This document shows positions 12,391 through 22,735 of a stretch of 64,000 bases of DNA, in pieces. Every line of letters begins with the position of its first letter. Within the stretch, counting starts at the first letter, position 1. The stretch spans positions 1 through 64,000 of the forward strand of contig CDROCS010006304.1 of the NCBI GenBank assembly GCA_977020255.1. The letters are read 5' to 3'. This stretch comes from Obrimoposthia wandeli. Taxonomy: Eukaryota. The translations under genes and the position numbers were made by a program. The notes below the pieces were generated by a model that was not told the origin of the DNA, did no database searches, and saw nothing but the letters and a program-made list of their open reading frames with translations.

Positions 12391-13113
12391 ATGAAACTTA
12401 TCGCCAGCAACTTAGCAAAATCATACAAGCGTCGCCCTGTCGTTCGCGATGTCAGTATGGAAATCCAAAGTGGCGAAGTGATTGGACTTCTCGGTCCAAA
12501 TGGCGCGGGGAAAACAACCTGCTTCTATTTGATAGTGGGTCTAGTTAACGCTGACTCTGGAAGCATATCACTTGACGGTCAAGATATTACAGCCCTACCG
12601 ATGCATCAACGTGCGCGTAGCGGTATTGGTTATCTCCCTCAAGAAGCCTCTATTTTTCGCAAGCTTAGTGTTGAAGACAACATTTTGGGCATTTTAGAAA
12701 TGCGCAATGAATTGAGTCGTGAACAGCGCTATGAAAAGCTCGAGTCATTGCTGCTAGAGTTTAATATCCAGCACATTCGCAAATCTATTGGCATGAGCTT
12801 ATCTGGCGGTGAACGCAGAAGAGTCGAAATTGCCAGGGCATTGGCTAGCGAGCCTAACTTCATACTGCTTGATGAGCCTTTCGCTGGCGTCGACCCTATC
12901 TCTGTTAACGATATAAAACAGACTATCCTACACTTACAAGCTAAAGGCATTGGCGTCCTCATTACCGACCACAATGTAAGAGAAACTTTAGATATATGCG
13001 AAAAAGCTTATATAGTAAACGATGGTGTTATTTTGGCATCAGGCACACCTGAACAAATTTTAGCCAACAAGCAAGTGCGTAGCGCCTATTTAGGTGATAA
13101 ATTTTCGCTTTGA
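12391..13113 (+). CDS. lptB: LPS export ABC ATPase LptB
   Basis: [56 protein letters not shown]. Confidence 0.96.
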   Translation: MKLIASNLAKSYKRRPVVRDVSMEIQSGEVIGLLGPNGAGKTTCFYLIVGLVNADSGSISLDGQDITALPMHQRARSGIGYLPQEASIFRKLSVEDNILGILEMRNELSREQRYEKLESLLLEFNIQHIRKSIGMSLSGGERRRVEIARALASEPNFILLDEPFAGVDPISVNDIKQTILHLQAKGIGVLITDHNVRETLDICEKAYIVNDGVILASGTPEQILANKQVRSAYLGDKFSL

Positions 13114-13164
13114 TGGCCCTGAAGCATTGCATCCGACGTTTTTAAGAGTATCGTTATACCTTAT

Positions 13165-14673
13165 ATGAAACAATCTTTAGAGCTCAAAATTGGACAGCAT
13201 CTGTCCATGACCCCACAGCTGCAGCAAGCGATAAAACTGCTGCAGTTATCGACTATTGACCTACAGCAGGAAGTGCAACAGGCGCTGGAAAGCAATCCAT
13301 TACTCGAAGCCGAAGAAGAGCATCCCGCGGATACCAGTGTGCAGTCGATGGACGATAAAGAGCGTGAGCACATCGAGCTTAAAGAGCTAAAAACTCAACC
13401 TGCTGACAGTGAAGCGGAACTGACTCCTACTGACAGCACCGCCAGTGATTGGAACAATGATATTCCGGAAGAACTGACCACAGACAGTAGCTGGGATGAT
13501 ACTTTCCAACATGGTAGCAGCTCCAGCTCTGTGCAACGTGATGATACGATGGAGTCTAATGACACCAGCGAAGACACTCTCCTTGATCACTTGCTATGGC
13601 AACTAAACTTAACTCCACTCAGCCCTTTAGATACGATCATTGCCGAAAACATTATTGATGGCATCGATAACGAAGGCTATTTGCGCACAGACCTTAACGA
13701 TATAGTGCTGCAGTTTCAAAATAGTGGCAATATTGAATTACAAGGGGTTGAACTAGACGAAGTTGAAGCCGTATTACGTCGAATTCAACAATTTGACCCT
13801 GTAGGTATCGCCGCCCGAGATTTAAGTGAGTGTTTATGCATTCAATTAGAGCAGCTAGATCCTAATACAGCCTTCATGGAAAGTGCCAAAACGATTGTAC
13901 AGCAACACATTCAAGCATTAGGTAGTCGTGATTTTAAAAAAATCATGCGTAAGATGCGAATAAGCGAACACAATTTACAGCAGAGTATTGAACTGATTCT
14001 CTCGTTGAATCCGCAGCCGGGCGCCGCTATCACCCCCAATAATGCTGAATACATTATACCGGATGTGTTTGTCGAAAAAATTGAAGGCATATGGCGTGTC
14101 CGACTCAACAACGACAACAAAATTAACCTTAACGTCAACTCTACCTATGCTGATTTAATTAAGAGAGCGGATAATAGCGATCAAAACACTTACCTAAAAA
14201 ACCATTTACAAGAAGCGAGATGGTTGATCAAAAGCATCCAAAGCAGATACGATACCCTCATCAAAGTGTCCAATCAGATTCTCGAGCGTCAAATAGAGTT
14301 TTTTGAGCACGGCGAATTAGCGATGAAGCCGATGGTTTTGCAAGATATTGCCGAGGCAATTGAGATGCATGAGTCCACTATTTCACGCGCGACAACTCAA
14401 AAGTATATGCACACTCCCAATGGTATTTTTGAACTGAAATATTTTTTCTCTAGTCATGTTAGTACCGTCGATGGTGGCGCTGCCTCTTCAACAGCCATTC
14501 GCGCTTTAATAAAACGACTACTTGTAGATGAAAATCCAAAAAAACCATTGAGCGACAGTAAAATTGCACTACTCTTAGAGTCAGAGGGAATTAATGTAGC
14601 CAGACGTACCATTGCCAAGTACAGAGAGGCAATGGGTATAGCACCATCTAATGAAAGAAAACGCTTGAGCTAA
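13165..14673 (+). CDS. rpoN: RNA polymerase sigma-54 factor
   Basis: MTPQLQQAIKLLQLS, MHESTISRATT, ELKYFFSS, RpoN box ARRTIAKYRE. Confidence 0.97.
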   Translation: MKQSLELKIGQHLSMTPQLQQAIKLLQLSTIDLQQEVQQALESNPLLEAEEEHPADTSVQSMDDKEREHIELKELKTQPADSEAELTPTDSTASDWNNDIPEELTTDSSWDDTFQHGSSSSSVQRDDTMESNDTSEDTLLDHLLWQLNLTPLSPLDTIIAENIIDGIDNEGYLRTDLNDIVLQFQNSGNIELQGVELDEVEAVLRRIQQFDPVGIAARDLSECLCIQLEQLDPNTAFMESAKTIVQQHIQALGSRDFKKIMRKMRISEHNLQQSIELILSLNPQPGAAITPNNAEYIIPDVFVEKIEGIWRVRLNNDNKINLNVNSTYADLIKRADNSDQNTYLKNHLQEARWLIKSIQSRYDTLIKVSNQILERQIEFFEHGELAMKPMVLQDIAEAIEMHESTISRATTQKYMHTPNGIFELKYFFSSHVSTVDGGAASSTAIRALIKRLLVDENPKKPLSDSKIALLLESEGINVARRTIAKYREAMGIAPSNERKRLS

Positions 14674-14714
14674 CAAGCCAAGTACTTAGAGCATAGGTCA
14701 TAAAGGAGATAATT

Positions 14715-15005
14715 ATGCAGATTAATGTCACTGGTCATCACGTTGATTTAACCGAAGCATTAACCGAGTATGTACACAATAAGTTTGCCAGATTAGAGCG
14801 TCATTTTGACAACATAACAAACGTCCAAGTTACTTTAAGCCTTGAAAAGACACGTCACAAAGCAGAAGCCGATTTACATTTATCCGGTAAAGAAATTTTT
14901 GCTTCAGACGAGCAAGATAATATGTATGCAGCGATTGACACTTTGGTAGATAAGTTAGACCGCCAAGTCATACGCTATAAAGAAAAACTCAAAAGCCACA
15001 AGTAA
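14715..15005 (+). CDS. hpf: Ribosome hibernation promoting factor
   Basis: MQINVTGHHVDLTEAL, NMYAAIDTLVDKLDRQ; follows rpoN. Confidence 0.95.
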   Translation: MQINVTGHHVDLTEALTEYVHNKFARLERHFDNITNVQVTLSLEKTRHKAEADLHLSGKEIFASDEQDNMYAAIDTLVDKLDRQVIRYKEKLKSHK

Positions 15006-15019
15006 ACGTAATCACACTT

Positions 15020-15475
15020 ATGCCATTTAACCACCTACTATCGCCTGCACTCACTATTGTCAATCACCAAGGCGGTAGTAAAAAAAGAACGTTAGAATTC
15101 ATCAGTAATACTATTAGCAATATTACTGATGATATTTCCCAAGATAAAATTTTTAGCGGCTTAATCGAGCGCGAGAGACTTGGAAGCACCGGTATCGGCG
15201 AGGGAGTCGCTATTCCCCACTGTCGAGCAGATAATATCAGCAAGGTTTACGCGGTTTTTATAAAACTTGCACAACCCATTGATTTTGACGCCATAGACAA
15301 CCAAAAAGTAGATTTGATATTCTCTTTGATTGTCCCAAGTGACTGCTGTAATGAGCACTTAGCGACGCTGTCAGAACTCGCGTCATTATTTAATGATGCC
15401 GACAATCGCAACGCGCTGAGAACCTGTCAAACGAGTGCTGAACTGTACAGTAAACTCACAGAATTAGGCCGGTAG
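15020..15475 (+). CDS. ptsN: PTS IIA-like nitrogen regulatory protein
   Basis: ERERLGSTGIGEGVAIPHCR, FDAIDNQKVDL. Confidence 0.94.
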   Translation: MPFNHLLSPALTIVNHQGGSKKRTLEFISNTISNITDDISQDKIFSGLIERERLGSTGIGEGVAIPHCRADNISKVYAVFIKLAQPIDFDAIDNQKVDLIFSLIVPSDCCNEHLATLSELASLFNDADNRNALRTCQTSAELYSKLTELGR

Positions 15476-15491
15476 AAGCCGTGGAGTGTCG

Positions 15492-16355
15492 ATGAAACTT
15501 GTTTTTATAAGTGGCCGTTCTGGCTCAGGAAAAAGCACAGCTATTCAAGCACTTGAAGATTTAGGTTTTTACTGTATAGACAACTTACCGACCGCTTTAC
15601 TGCGTCAAACCACTCAATACTTATTACACAGCCCAGATAGCAATTACGATAAAATTGCACTGTGTATCGATGCACGTAACGCCAGCGGTCAGCTGACTGA
15701 ACTGGCCAATATCATTAAGCAAATTCAGAGTGAGCAACACAATATAGATATTGATTTCGTCTATCTTGATGCCAGCGACGAAGTGTTGATACAGCGCTAT
15801 AGCGCAACACGCCGACGCCACCCTATGGATGATCAAGCGCAGGGTTTAAACGCAGCCATAAAACTCGAAAATTCAATACTTTCACCTCTTTCTGATCTAG
15901 CATCCTTGCGGGTCGATACCACGCATTTATCACTCTATCAATTACGCGACATCATTAAGTTGCGTGTATCAGAACGGCGTGAGCAAAATTTATCGCTGCA
16001 ATTTACTTCATTCGGTTTTAAATACGGCGTACCACTAGATTGCGACCTCGTTTACGACTTACGCATGCTACCTAACCCCTACTGGGTGCCTGAACTACGC
16101 TTATACAACGGTACTGAGCAGCCTATCATAGACTTTCTCAGCAACGAGCCACTGGTTAGTGAAATGATTTCAGACATACGTGACTTTGTAGAAAAATGGC
16201 TGCCACATTTCAAACAGAATAACCGCAGCTATGTCACTGTTGCTCTAGGTTGTACGGGCGGCCATCATCGCTCTGTCTATATTGCAGAACAACTTGCTGG
16301 TCATTTCAACCCGCTTATGGATAATGTCTCTCTCTACCACCGCGAAGTGTCTTAG
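15492..16355 (+). CDS. rapZ: RNase adapter RapZ (P-loop)
   Basis: SGRSGSGKS, LEDLGFYCIDNLP, SFGFKYG, LPNPYW, GCTGGHHRSV. Confidence 0.95.
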   Translation: MKLVFISGRSGSGKSTAIQALEDLGFYCIDNLPTALLRQTTQYLLHSPDSNYDKIALCIDARNASGQLTELANIIKQIQSEQHNIDIDFVYLDASDEVLIQRYSATRRRHPMDDQAQGLNAAIKLENSILSPLSDLASLRVDTTHLSLYQLRDIIKLRVSERREQNLSLQFTSFGFKYGVPLDCDLVYDLRMLPNPYWVPELRLYNGTEQPIIDFLSNEPLVSEMISDIRDFVEKWLPHFKQNNRSYVTVALGCTGGHHRSVYIAEQLAGHFNPLMDNVSLYHREVS

Positions 16356-16398
16356 CAACATTCATCACCTTTGCTTACAACACTTAAGGACAAATCAA

Positions 16399-16668
16399 AT
16401 GCAAGTTGTCGATATCGAAATAATCAATAAGTTAGGCCTTCATGCAAGAGCCGCCTCCAAATTAGTCTCTGTCACCACAAAATACGCCTGTGATATTCAT
16501 ATTATAAAAGGCGAGCAATGTGTAGACGGCAAAAGCATCATGTCGTTAATGATGCTTGCTGCAACTAAAGGCACCCAGTTACAAATTCGCGCTCAAGGTA
16601 ATGATCAAGTGGATGCGATCGCTGCTATATCACTATTAATTAGCAATCGCTTTGATGAAGCTGAATAG
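16399..16668 (+). CDS. ptsO: HPr-family phosphocarrier NPr
   Basis: NKLGLHARAA (phospho-His) and GKSIMSL; aagga RBS before ATG 16399. Confidence 0.93.
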   Translation: MQVVDIEIINKLGLHARAASKLVSVTTKYACDIHIIKGEQCVDGKSIMSLMMLAATKGTQLQIRAQGNDQVDAIAAISLLISNRFDEAE

Positions 16669-16806
16669 TTATTCATTCTATTTCAATACCTCACCCGCTG
16701 ATTTAGCTATACTATATAGCGAATACCCGCATAGTATTTAGTTGCTAAGTACTAAATCTGATAAGAGTTCAATCTCTTAAAATTCCTGCTTGAGTTTATT
16801 GAATTT

Positions 16807-18159
16807 ATGAATCAGCGAGCAAACGCTTCAGAATTAGACAAACTAACTAAAGCACTAGATAGCGGTGCCTTTCAACAAATACGTTTTACACTCAACAATA
16901 CACTACAACCCGTCGAAGTCGCTCAACTACTGGAAAAGTCTCCGCCAAAAGAGCGTCGTATTCTATGGAAACTAATTCGTGCGGACCACGAAGGCGCTGT
17001 TCTCCAGCACCTCAGTGATGATATTCAAGCTGACATACTCAGCCGTATGGATTACAGCAAAGTTGTCGCTATTGCCGAGTCATTAGATACCGACGATCTG
17101 GCTGATTTACTGCAGCAACTTCCCGATACCGTGATGCGCGAAGTGCTCAAGGTAATGGATAAACAAAACCGCGAGCGTGTGGAGCAAGTCTTACAGTTTC
17201 CCGAAGATACTGCTGGCGGCTTGATGAATACTGATACGGTGACTATTCGCCCTGATATTAGCATCGAGACAGTACTTCGTTATATCAGGAGGCATGATGA
17301 AATACCGGAGATGACCGACAGTCTTTTTGTTATCAGTCGTCGAAAAGAATCTTATATCGGTGTACTTCCACTGACCAAATTACTCGTCTCAGATCCTGAT
17401 GCCACGGTTCGCGAGATGATGACCACTGACATTGAACCTATTCCCGCAGATATGCCCGATCACGAAGTTGCCTTACTTTTTGAGCAACATGACTTAGTCT
17501 CCGCCCCGGTGGTAGATGATGAAGGTAAACTACTGGGACGAATTACAATCGATGATGTCGTCGATGTCATTCGCGAAGACGCCGATCACTCTTTAATGAG
17601 TATGGCCGGACTTGATGATGATGAAGATACTTTCGCACCCGTATGGAAAACAAGTAAACGGCGAGCCGTTTGGCTCGGAATCAATTTAATCACCGCGATG
17701 ATCGCCTCCTCTGTCATTGGACTCTTTCAAGATACTATAGATCAAGTTGTCGCTCTCGCCGTACTGATGCCTATTGTCGCCTCTATGGGAGGCATTGCCG
17801 GTAGCCAAACACTGACACTGATGATTCGCGCTCAGGCATTAGATCAAGTTGAAAAATCCAACGCTATGTGGCTGGTCAAACGCGAATTTATTGTCGGTCT
17901 TTTAAATGGCATGCTCTGGGCAGTAGTGGTCGCTGTTTTTGCCTTTCTCTGGTTCAAAAGTAGCACTATCGGCTTAATAATTGGCTTGGCGATCATAATT
18001 AACTTAGTTGTCGGCACATTCTCTGGTACTCTACTGCCCTTATTGCTTAAAGCCAGGGGAATTGATCCCGCGCTCGCCGGCGGTGTATTACTAACAACAA
18101 TCACTGATGTTGTTGGTTTTTTGGCCTTCCTAGGTCTGGCAACCTATTTTTACGGATAG
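16807..18159 (+). CDS. mgtE: Magnesium transporter MgtE
   Basis: PEDTAGGLM, CBS pair, GRITIDDVVD, MGGIAGSQTL, DPALAGGVLLTTITDVVG. Confidence 0.95.
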   Translation: MNQRANASELDKLTKALDSGAFQQIRFTLNNTLQPVEVAQLLEKSPPKERRILWKLIRADHEGAVLQHLSDDIQADILSRMDYSKVVAIAESLDTDDLADLLQQLPDTVMREVLKVMDKQNRERVEQVLQFPEDTAGGLMNTDTVTIRPDISIETVLRYIRRHDEIPEMTDSLFVISRRKESYIGVLPLTKLLVSDPDATVREMMTTDIEPIPADMPDHEVALLFEQHDLVSAPVVDDEGKLLGRITIDDVVDVIREDADHSLMSMAGLDDDEDTFAPVWKTSKRRAVWLGINLITAMIASSVIGLFQDTIDQVVALAVLMPIVASMGGIAGSQTLTLMIRAQALDQVEKSNAMWLVKREFIVGLLNGMLWAVVVAVFAFLWFKSSTIGLIIGLAIIINLVVGTFSGTLLPLLLKARGIDPALAGGVLLTTITDVVGFLAFLGLATYFYG

Positions 18160-18163
18160 TTAG

Positions 18164-18685
18164 ATGAACAAAGATAAATTTGAAACAATAGAAGATGAAG
18201 ATGAAGATTTTATCAGTCGCTCAGAACTTAAAAGAGAGGCGGAAGCATTTCAAGACCTTGGCGTTCAGCTCGCACAGCTTCGTCCTGCACAACTTGAAAA
18301 AGTAGAAATTCGCGGCCAATTACGCGATGCTTTGGAAGAGATAAAACGCCTTAAGCCACGTAGTAATGCATTGAAGCGACACTTCCAATACATTGGAAAA
18401 TTGATGCGTTATGAAAGTGCTGAGGCTATCCAGCAAAGCCTGAATAGCTTTGATGAAACTCATGAAGAGTACAACAAAAAATTTCATCGCCTAGAACATT
18501 GGCGTGATCGTTTACTCAATGAAGATACGGGGATGATTGATATCATCGTCAAGGAATACCCAGCGACTGATATTCAACATTTGCGTCAATTAATTAGAAA
18601 TACGCACCGTGAAATTGCCAACGGTAAAAAACCGATTAGTAGTAAAAAACTTTATAAGTATTTACGCGAACTGGAAGATAGCTAA
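18164..18685 (+). CDS. yjgA: Ribosome biogenesis factor YjgA/DarP
   Basis: SRSELKRE..QDLG..L, KRHFQYIGKLMR, HRLEHWRDRLL, QHLRQLIRN. Confidence 0.92.
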   Translation: MNKDKFETIEDEDEDFISRSELKREAEAFQDLGVQLAQLRPAQLEKVEIRGQLRDALEEIKRLKPRSNALKRHFQYIGKLMRYESAEAIQQSLNSFDETHEEYNKKFHRLEHWRDRLLNEDTGMIDIIVKEYPATDIQHLRQLIRNTHREIANGKKPISSKKLYKYLRELEDS

Positions 18686-18694
18686 ACACTCCTC

Positions 18695-21600
18695 TTATTT
18701 TGTCAATGCTCCAGGCGTAACCGCATTTATTTTTGGTGATAGCCAGGAGCCGCTGACGCGGTAGCGCAAAGAAGTGAGTTTTGCCAAACGTTTTCCGATC
18801 AATTTATCGATAATAAAAGCAACTGCTGCAGTTTGTGGTGTCGCTAAAAGTAATGCTGCAACCGGGGCATTACTGGTCAATGGGATTGCAACATCCATGG
18901 TCTGCTCCAGAGTCTTTGCAGCTAAATCTATGGTTCCGGACATCTTTACACTTGTTGAAGGCCCCTCTAAGGTTAACGGTTGATCGTTACTAGCCACGCC
19001 ATTATTTAACGTGTACTTTGCCGAAACCTTATCGTAGCTTACCCCTTTATCTGTTAAATCAGAAAAGTCTAGTTTTAGCCGTTTAACAACTGTATTTAAA
19101 TTTAACAAACCAAAGATACGTAAAAAGTTAGCCGATGTACCCGCTTCTATTATTCTTCCCTTTGATAACTCGAATGCTAACTTGCCGTTCAACCCGCGCT
19201 GGGTTAATTGCCATGGATAACCCGACCAAGATAACTGAGTGCTTAGTGTACCCTTTTGGGACTCTAACACTTTAGCAAAACCCAGCTGCTTAAGGACTGC
19301 ACCAAAATCTTTACCTTTTGCTGTTAAAGCCAAATGGCTTGTAACCGGGCGCTTGCCATCAACCCAGGAGATTTCCCCGGTAACCGCCGTTCCGGCAATA
19401 TTACCGACTATGTTATTTAATCCATATCCAGCGTTATTGGCAGCCATTTGGGCACGCCAACCCCCTAGATGCATGCCATTTAGGCTTAGCTGCTCAATAG
19501 CGAGGGAGACTGATGGCCACAATTTACTGGCAAGATAATTTTGTGAGCCTGTGCTTTTCTTAGCGGTCGAATCGGATGATTTTATAACCAATTTGGATAA
19601 GTTAGCCTCTATTGGCAGGCGCTTACTTTTGGGTAATTTTATACTGCCAGTTGCCAACTCACTATTGAGATTAATGTTCCAATGAGTAGGCAGTTGCTCA
19701 ACGCGGACCTTAGCCTGTTTAAAGATGTGCGAGAGTAGTGATACATTGTTCAACTCAAAGTTGATAGCCGATATTTGCTGTAGCACACTATCTTGATTTT
19801 CTACTTTCTGCTTAGATGATGACGAGAAATCGCTTAGTAATTTAGATAAATCTAGATTGGCTAATTGACCACTTAATCGAATACCGGGAATCCCTGTGTA
19901 CTTTGGTCGAGCGCCGCCAAAAACAATACTTGTACTGGTTGTTTTAGGGTTTAACTGGCGAGAGATACCACGTACTAAATCGGCGTAATTATAGCGCCAA
20001 AGTATTCCCTGTGAGTCAAAATTAGCAACCACCTGTAGCTTCACTGCCTGCTTGGCACTTTTACCCCAAGGAGCGGGTAAATTAACACTTAGCCCTTTTA
20101 ATTGAGAGTTCACTAAAAGCTGATTACAGCTATCATCCGCCGGACAGATATCAATTCGTGCACTGTAGGGAGCGCTCCCTGTTAACTGTGCTAACTTATC
20201 TATTTTTAGCCAAGTAAAAAGGTCAGTAACTGTAGCACCACCATTGAATATAATTGATGTTTTTTGCTGTTCCCCCTCCCCTTTGGTCGCTATGGCAACT
20301 TGAGTTGCTTTGCCAAAAAAGCGCCCTTTTAGCGACTTTGCATTAAAGCCTTTAAGCGAATCATAGCTCAGTGACCCCTCTATGCTACTAAAGGCCAAGT
20401 TTAACGCCTCATCTTTAATCTGTGTGTCACGTAACTTACTCCGTACGTTGACAATGGGAACACCTTCCCCCTCAAGATCTATACTTAACTTTAAATCAGT
20501 GTCCTGCACTCCGGACACTTTCCACGACTTAATCTCTTTGGGAATAAATGGCTCGATCGGTGTTTTCTGTAATACTGCAAATGTATTTTTAACCCCACCA
20601 CTAATTGCTGCCTCAACAATTAATGTCTTGTTGTGATCAATGGTCGATACTGTTGCAGCTAGTAACTTATTGCCGGCTATTTCCCCGCCTTTTGCTACCG
20701 CCTCTACCTTCGCATCAATGACTTTCAGTGTTAGCTGGGTGCCTATCACCGCAGGCCAAGCATCATCATAATTGATATCTGCCTTATCAACGGCTAGGGA
20801 TACTTGTACACTGGGCACACTTTGCTCTTGCTTACCTTCTCGTACTGCTGTGCGCAGCATAAAAAGCCCTTGAGTTAAATATCCTTGTTGTGCAGAGTGA
20901 TTGATCCACTCTCGCAAGCCATTACTCATTACTTTTTTAGGCATATAGTGCAGAGCATCTTTAATATCGTTATCACGCATTCCGATCAATAAGGTCAATT
21001 CACTTTCGCGCTTTTTATCACTAGGGCTACTGAAACTAAAGCGTCCGCGCGCTTGCATTTCCCCTTTGCTAACGCTCAATAGATCAGAGTTAACAATCAG
21101 TTCTGCTGCATCCGTTGCTATGTTTTTCAATTGCCACTTCACTTTTCCCTGTGCACGGTCGTATTGCCAAGCGTCATCAAATAGACTGGGAAAGTGCATG
21201 GAAACCGCACGACTATCTAAATCGATGGAGCCTTGTGCCAAACTCATTCTCAATAGTCCGGAGACACCAGTCACTGCGGGCCCACCACTGTATGCATTAA
21301 GCGATAGCGCTTCTATATCGGCGGCCACTTTAAAGCTATTCCATTTAGATTGCGGCCAAGTCACATTAATATTTTTGACTATCCCCTGCGGATTTAAGCC
21401 TTTTATGACCGATACCAAACTCTCATTCATAGGTAATAAACCTATTAACCACTGACTTAAATCTGTCAGGTCAAACTCAGAAAACGATAAAGCTGAAAAA
21501 TAATTCTGCTCGCCAAGGCTGTAATATGCATCGATGGCCTTTATTGCGATTTTCTGTTCACTGGACTGTAGTTTTAAGTTACGCAATTGTAATTGATAAC

Positions 21601-22525
21601 CATCACTGCGTTTTTGCAGTGCAAAATCAAACTCCGACAGTCCGACAGGAACAGCGGCGGGATCTGCCAATTGAAGATCGTTAAGCTGGACCTTACCGCG
21701 TAAGTCAGAGACTATGCCATCTTCCCACTGAGCCCAAACATCTGTATTTAAAGACAATCGTTTTACTTGATTACTGATATCCAAAGATCCAAGCGCAAAA
21801 ACTTGCTCCGATAAGTTGGTTAATTTGGCATATAACTGCAACTTAGTTTTTCTAATATCTTTTGCTAAGTCAGAGGCTTCAATTGCAAAGCTCACATTTG
21901 AGCTTCTATTGAAATAATTAAGCGTCGCTTCGCCGACAATATGATGTTGTCTTACTGTATTGCGCAACTGAAAGTTGATTGCAGATAAATGCCTTCTGGC
22001 TTTATTTTCTGGATACAAGCTCAAGCTAGCATTACTAAAGCGCACATTAGACTGTTGCAATACGACAGCCAATAATTGATTGATCGAACTGGGCCCGTTT
22101 GTGGTTGAGGGGGCCTTATTCAGTTTCGGGCTAAGTACTGTCATCCAGCGCCCCGATTGCTGCTCTGCAGAGGTTGCCATACCCTCTACATGGAAATACT
22201 TGAATACCAGTGATAAAGCGCGAATGCTACGCGCCAAATCCAATTCCGCACTAACCAGTGCTATGTCTATTTTACGTCGCGTATTATTTTGATCTTGTAA
22301 CTGCAGCGAACTGACTTTTAATACCGGGTTAGCTTGCTGCCACTGCGCCTGAATTTGACCAATTGAGACCTCGACACCTAGCTGCTCAGACAAATACTCA
22401 CTGAGGGCGACGTTGTAGTGATTGATATTCGGTAAAAAGATTCTGACGGATACGGTCAAAGCAGCTAGAACAACTAGCAGCGAGATACTCGTAATTAGTA
22501 ACCATCTACTCGTTTTTCTTATCAT
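18695..22525 (-). CDS. yhdP: YhdP/AsmA-like envelope-spanning lipid transport protein
   Basis: 1276 aa, single N-terminal TM, C-terminal RRLKLDFSD-like motif (KRLKLDFSDL) and Y.V.GSW..P; located after rng. Confidence 0.9.
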   Translation of the reverse strand: MIRKTSRWLLITSISLLVVLAALTVSVRIFLPNINHYNVALSEYLSEQLGVEVSIGQIQAQWQQANPVLKVSSLQLQDQNNTRRKIDIALVSAELDLARSIRALSLVFKYFHVEGMATSAEQQSGRWMTVLSPKLNKAPSTTNGPSSINQLLAVVLQQSNVRFSNASLSLYPENKARRHLSAINFQLRNTVRQHHIVGEATLNYFNRSSNVSFAIEASDLAKDIRKTKLQLYAKLTNLSEQVFALGSLDISNQVKRLSLNTDVWAQWEDGIVSDLRGKVQLNDLQLADPAAVPVGLSEFDFALQKRSDGYQLQLRNLKLQSSEQKIAIKAIDAYYSLGEQNYFSALSFSEFDLTDLSQWLIGLLPMNESLVSVIKGLNPQGIVKNINVTWPQSKWNSFKVAADIEALSLNAYSGGPAVTGVSGLLRMSLAQGSIDLDSRAVSMHFPSLFDDAWQYDRAQGKVKWQLKNIATDAAELIVNSDLLSVSKGEMQARGRFSFSSPSDKKRESELTLLIGMRDNDIKDALHYMPKKVMSNGLREWINHSAQQGYLTQGLFMLRTAVREGKQEQSVPSVQVSLAVDKADINYDDAWPAVIGTQLTLKVIDAKVEAVAKGGEIAGNKLLAATVSTIDHNKTLIVEAAISGGVKNTFAVLQKTPIEPFIPKEIKSWKVSGVQDTDLKLSIDLEGEGVPIVNVRSKLRDTQIKDEALNLAFSSIEGSLSYDSLKGFNAKSLKGRFFGKATQVAIATKGEGEQQKTSIIFNGGATVTDLFTWLKIDKLAQLTGSAPYSARIDICPADDSCNQLLVNSQLKGLSVNLPAPWGKSAKQAVKLQVVANFDSQGILWRYNYADLVRGISRQLNPKTTSTSIVFGGARPKYTGIPGIRLSGQLANLDLSKLLSDFSSSSKQKVENQDSVLQQISAINFELNNVSLLSHIFKQAKVRVEQLPTHWNINLNSELATGSIKLPKSKRLPIEANLSKLVIKSSDSTAKKSTGSQNYLASKLWPSVSLAIEQLSLNGMHLGGWRAQMAANNAGYGLNNIVGNIAGTAVTGEISWVDGKRPVTSHLALTAKGKDFGAVLKQLGFAKVLESQKGTLSTQLSWSGYPWQLTQRGLNGKLAFELSKGRIIEAGTSANFLRIFGLLNLNTVVKRLKLDFSDLTDKGVSYDKVSAKYTLNNGVASNDQPLTLEGPSTSVKMSGTIDLAAKTLEQTMDVAIPLTSNAPVAALLLATPQTAAVAFIIDKLIGKRLAKLTSLRYRVSGSWLSPKINAVTPGALTK

Positions 22526-22735
22526 CTAACAACCGTTTGTAGTTAAGGATCATGCACTCAACTTGAGTACATTGACAGGAGACAGCATGGCGTTAACTCC
22601 CTCAAAAATGGCAGCAGTGAAATTAAGTAAGCGCTCATCCTCACTGCTTGACTATTTATTGTGACAGCACTTAATGTCGTTTTATAAAGAGCTTCTTAGA
22701 TTCATTCAACGTCTGAGAGCTTAACACAAGATTTA

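Noticed and set aside
16669-16806. Mg2+ riboswitch or leader peptide upstream of mgtE
   Set aside because: The region is short; no M-box-like structure or Pro-rich leader ORF was recognised, only a small GCTATA-CTA-TATAGC dyad overlapping a -10-like TATACT.
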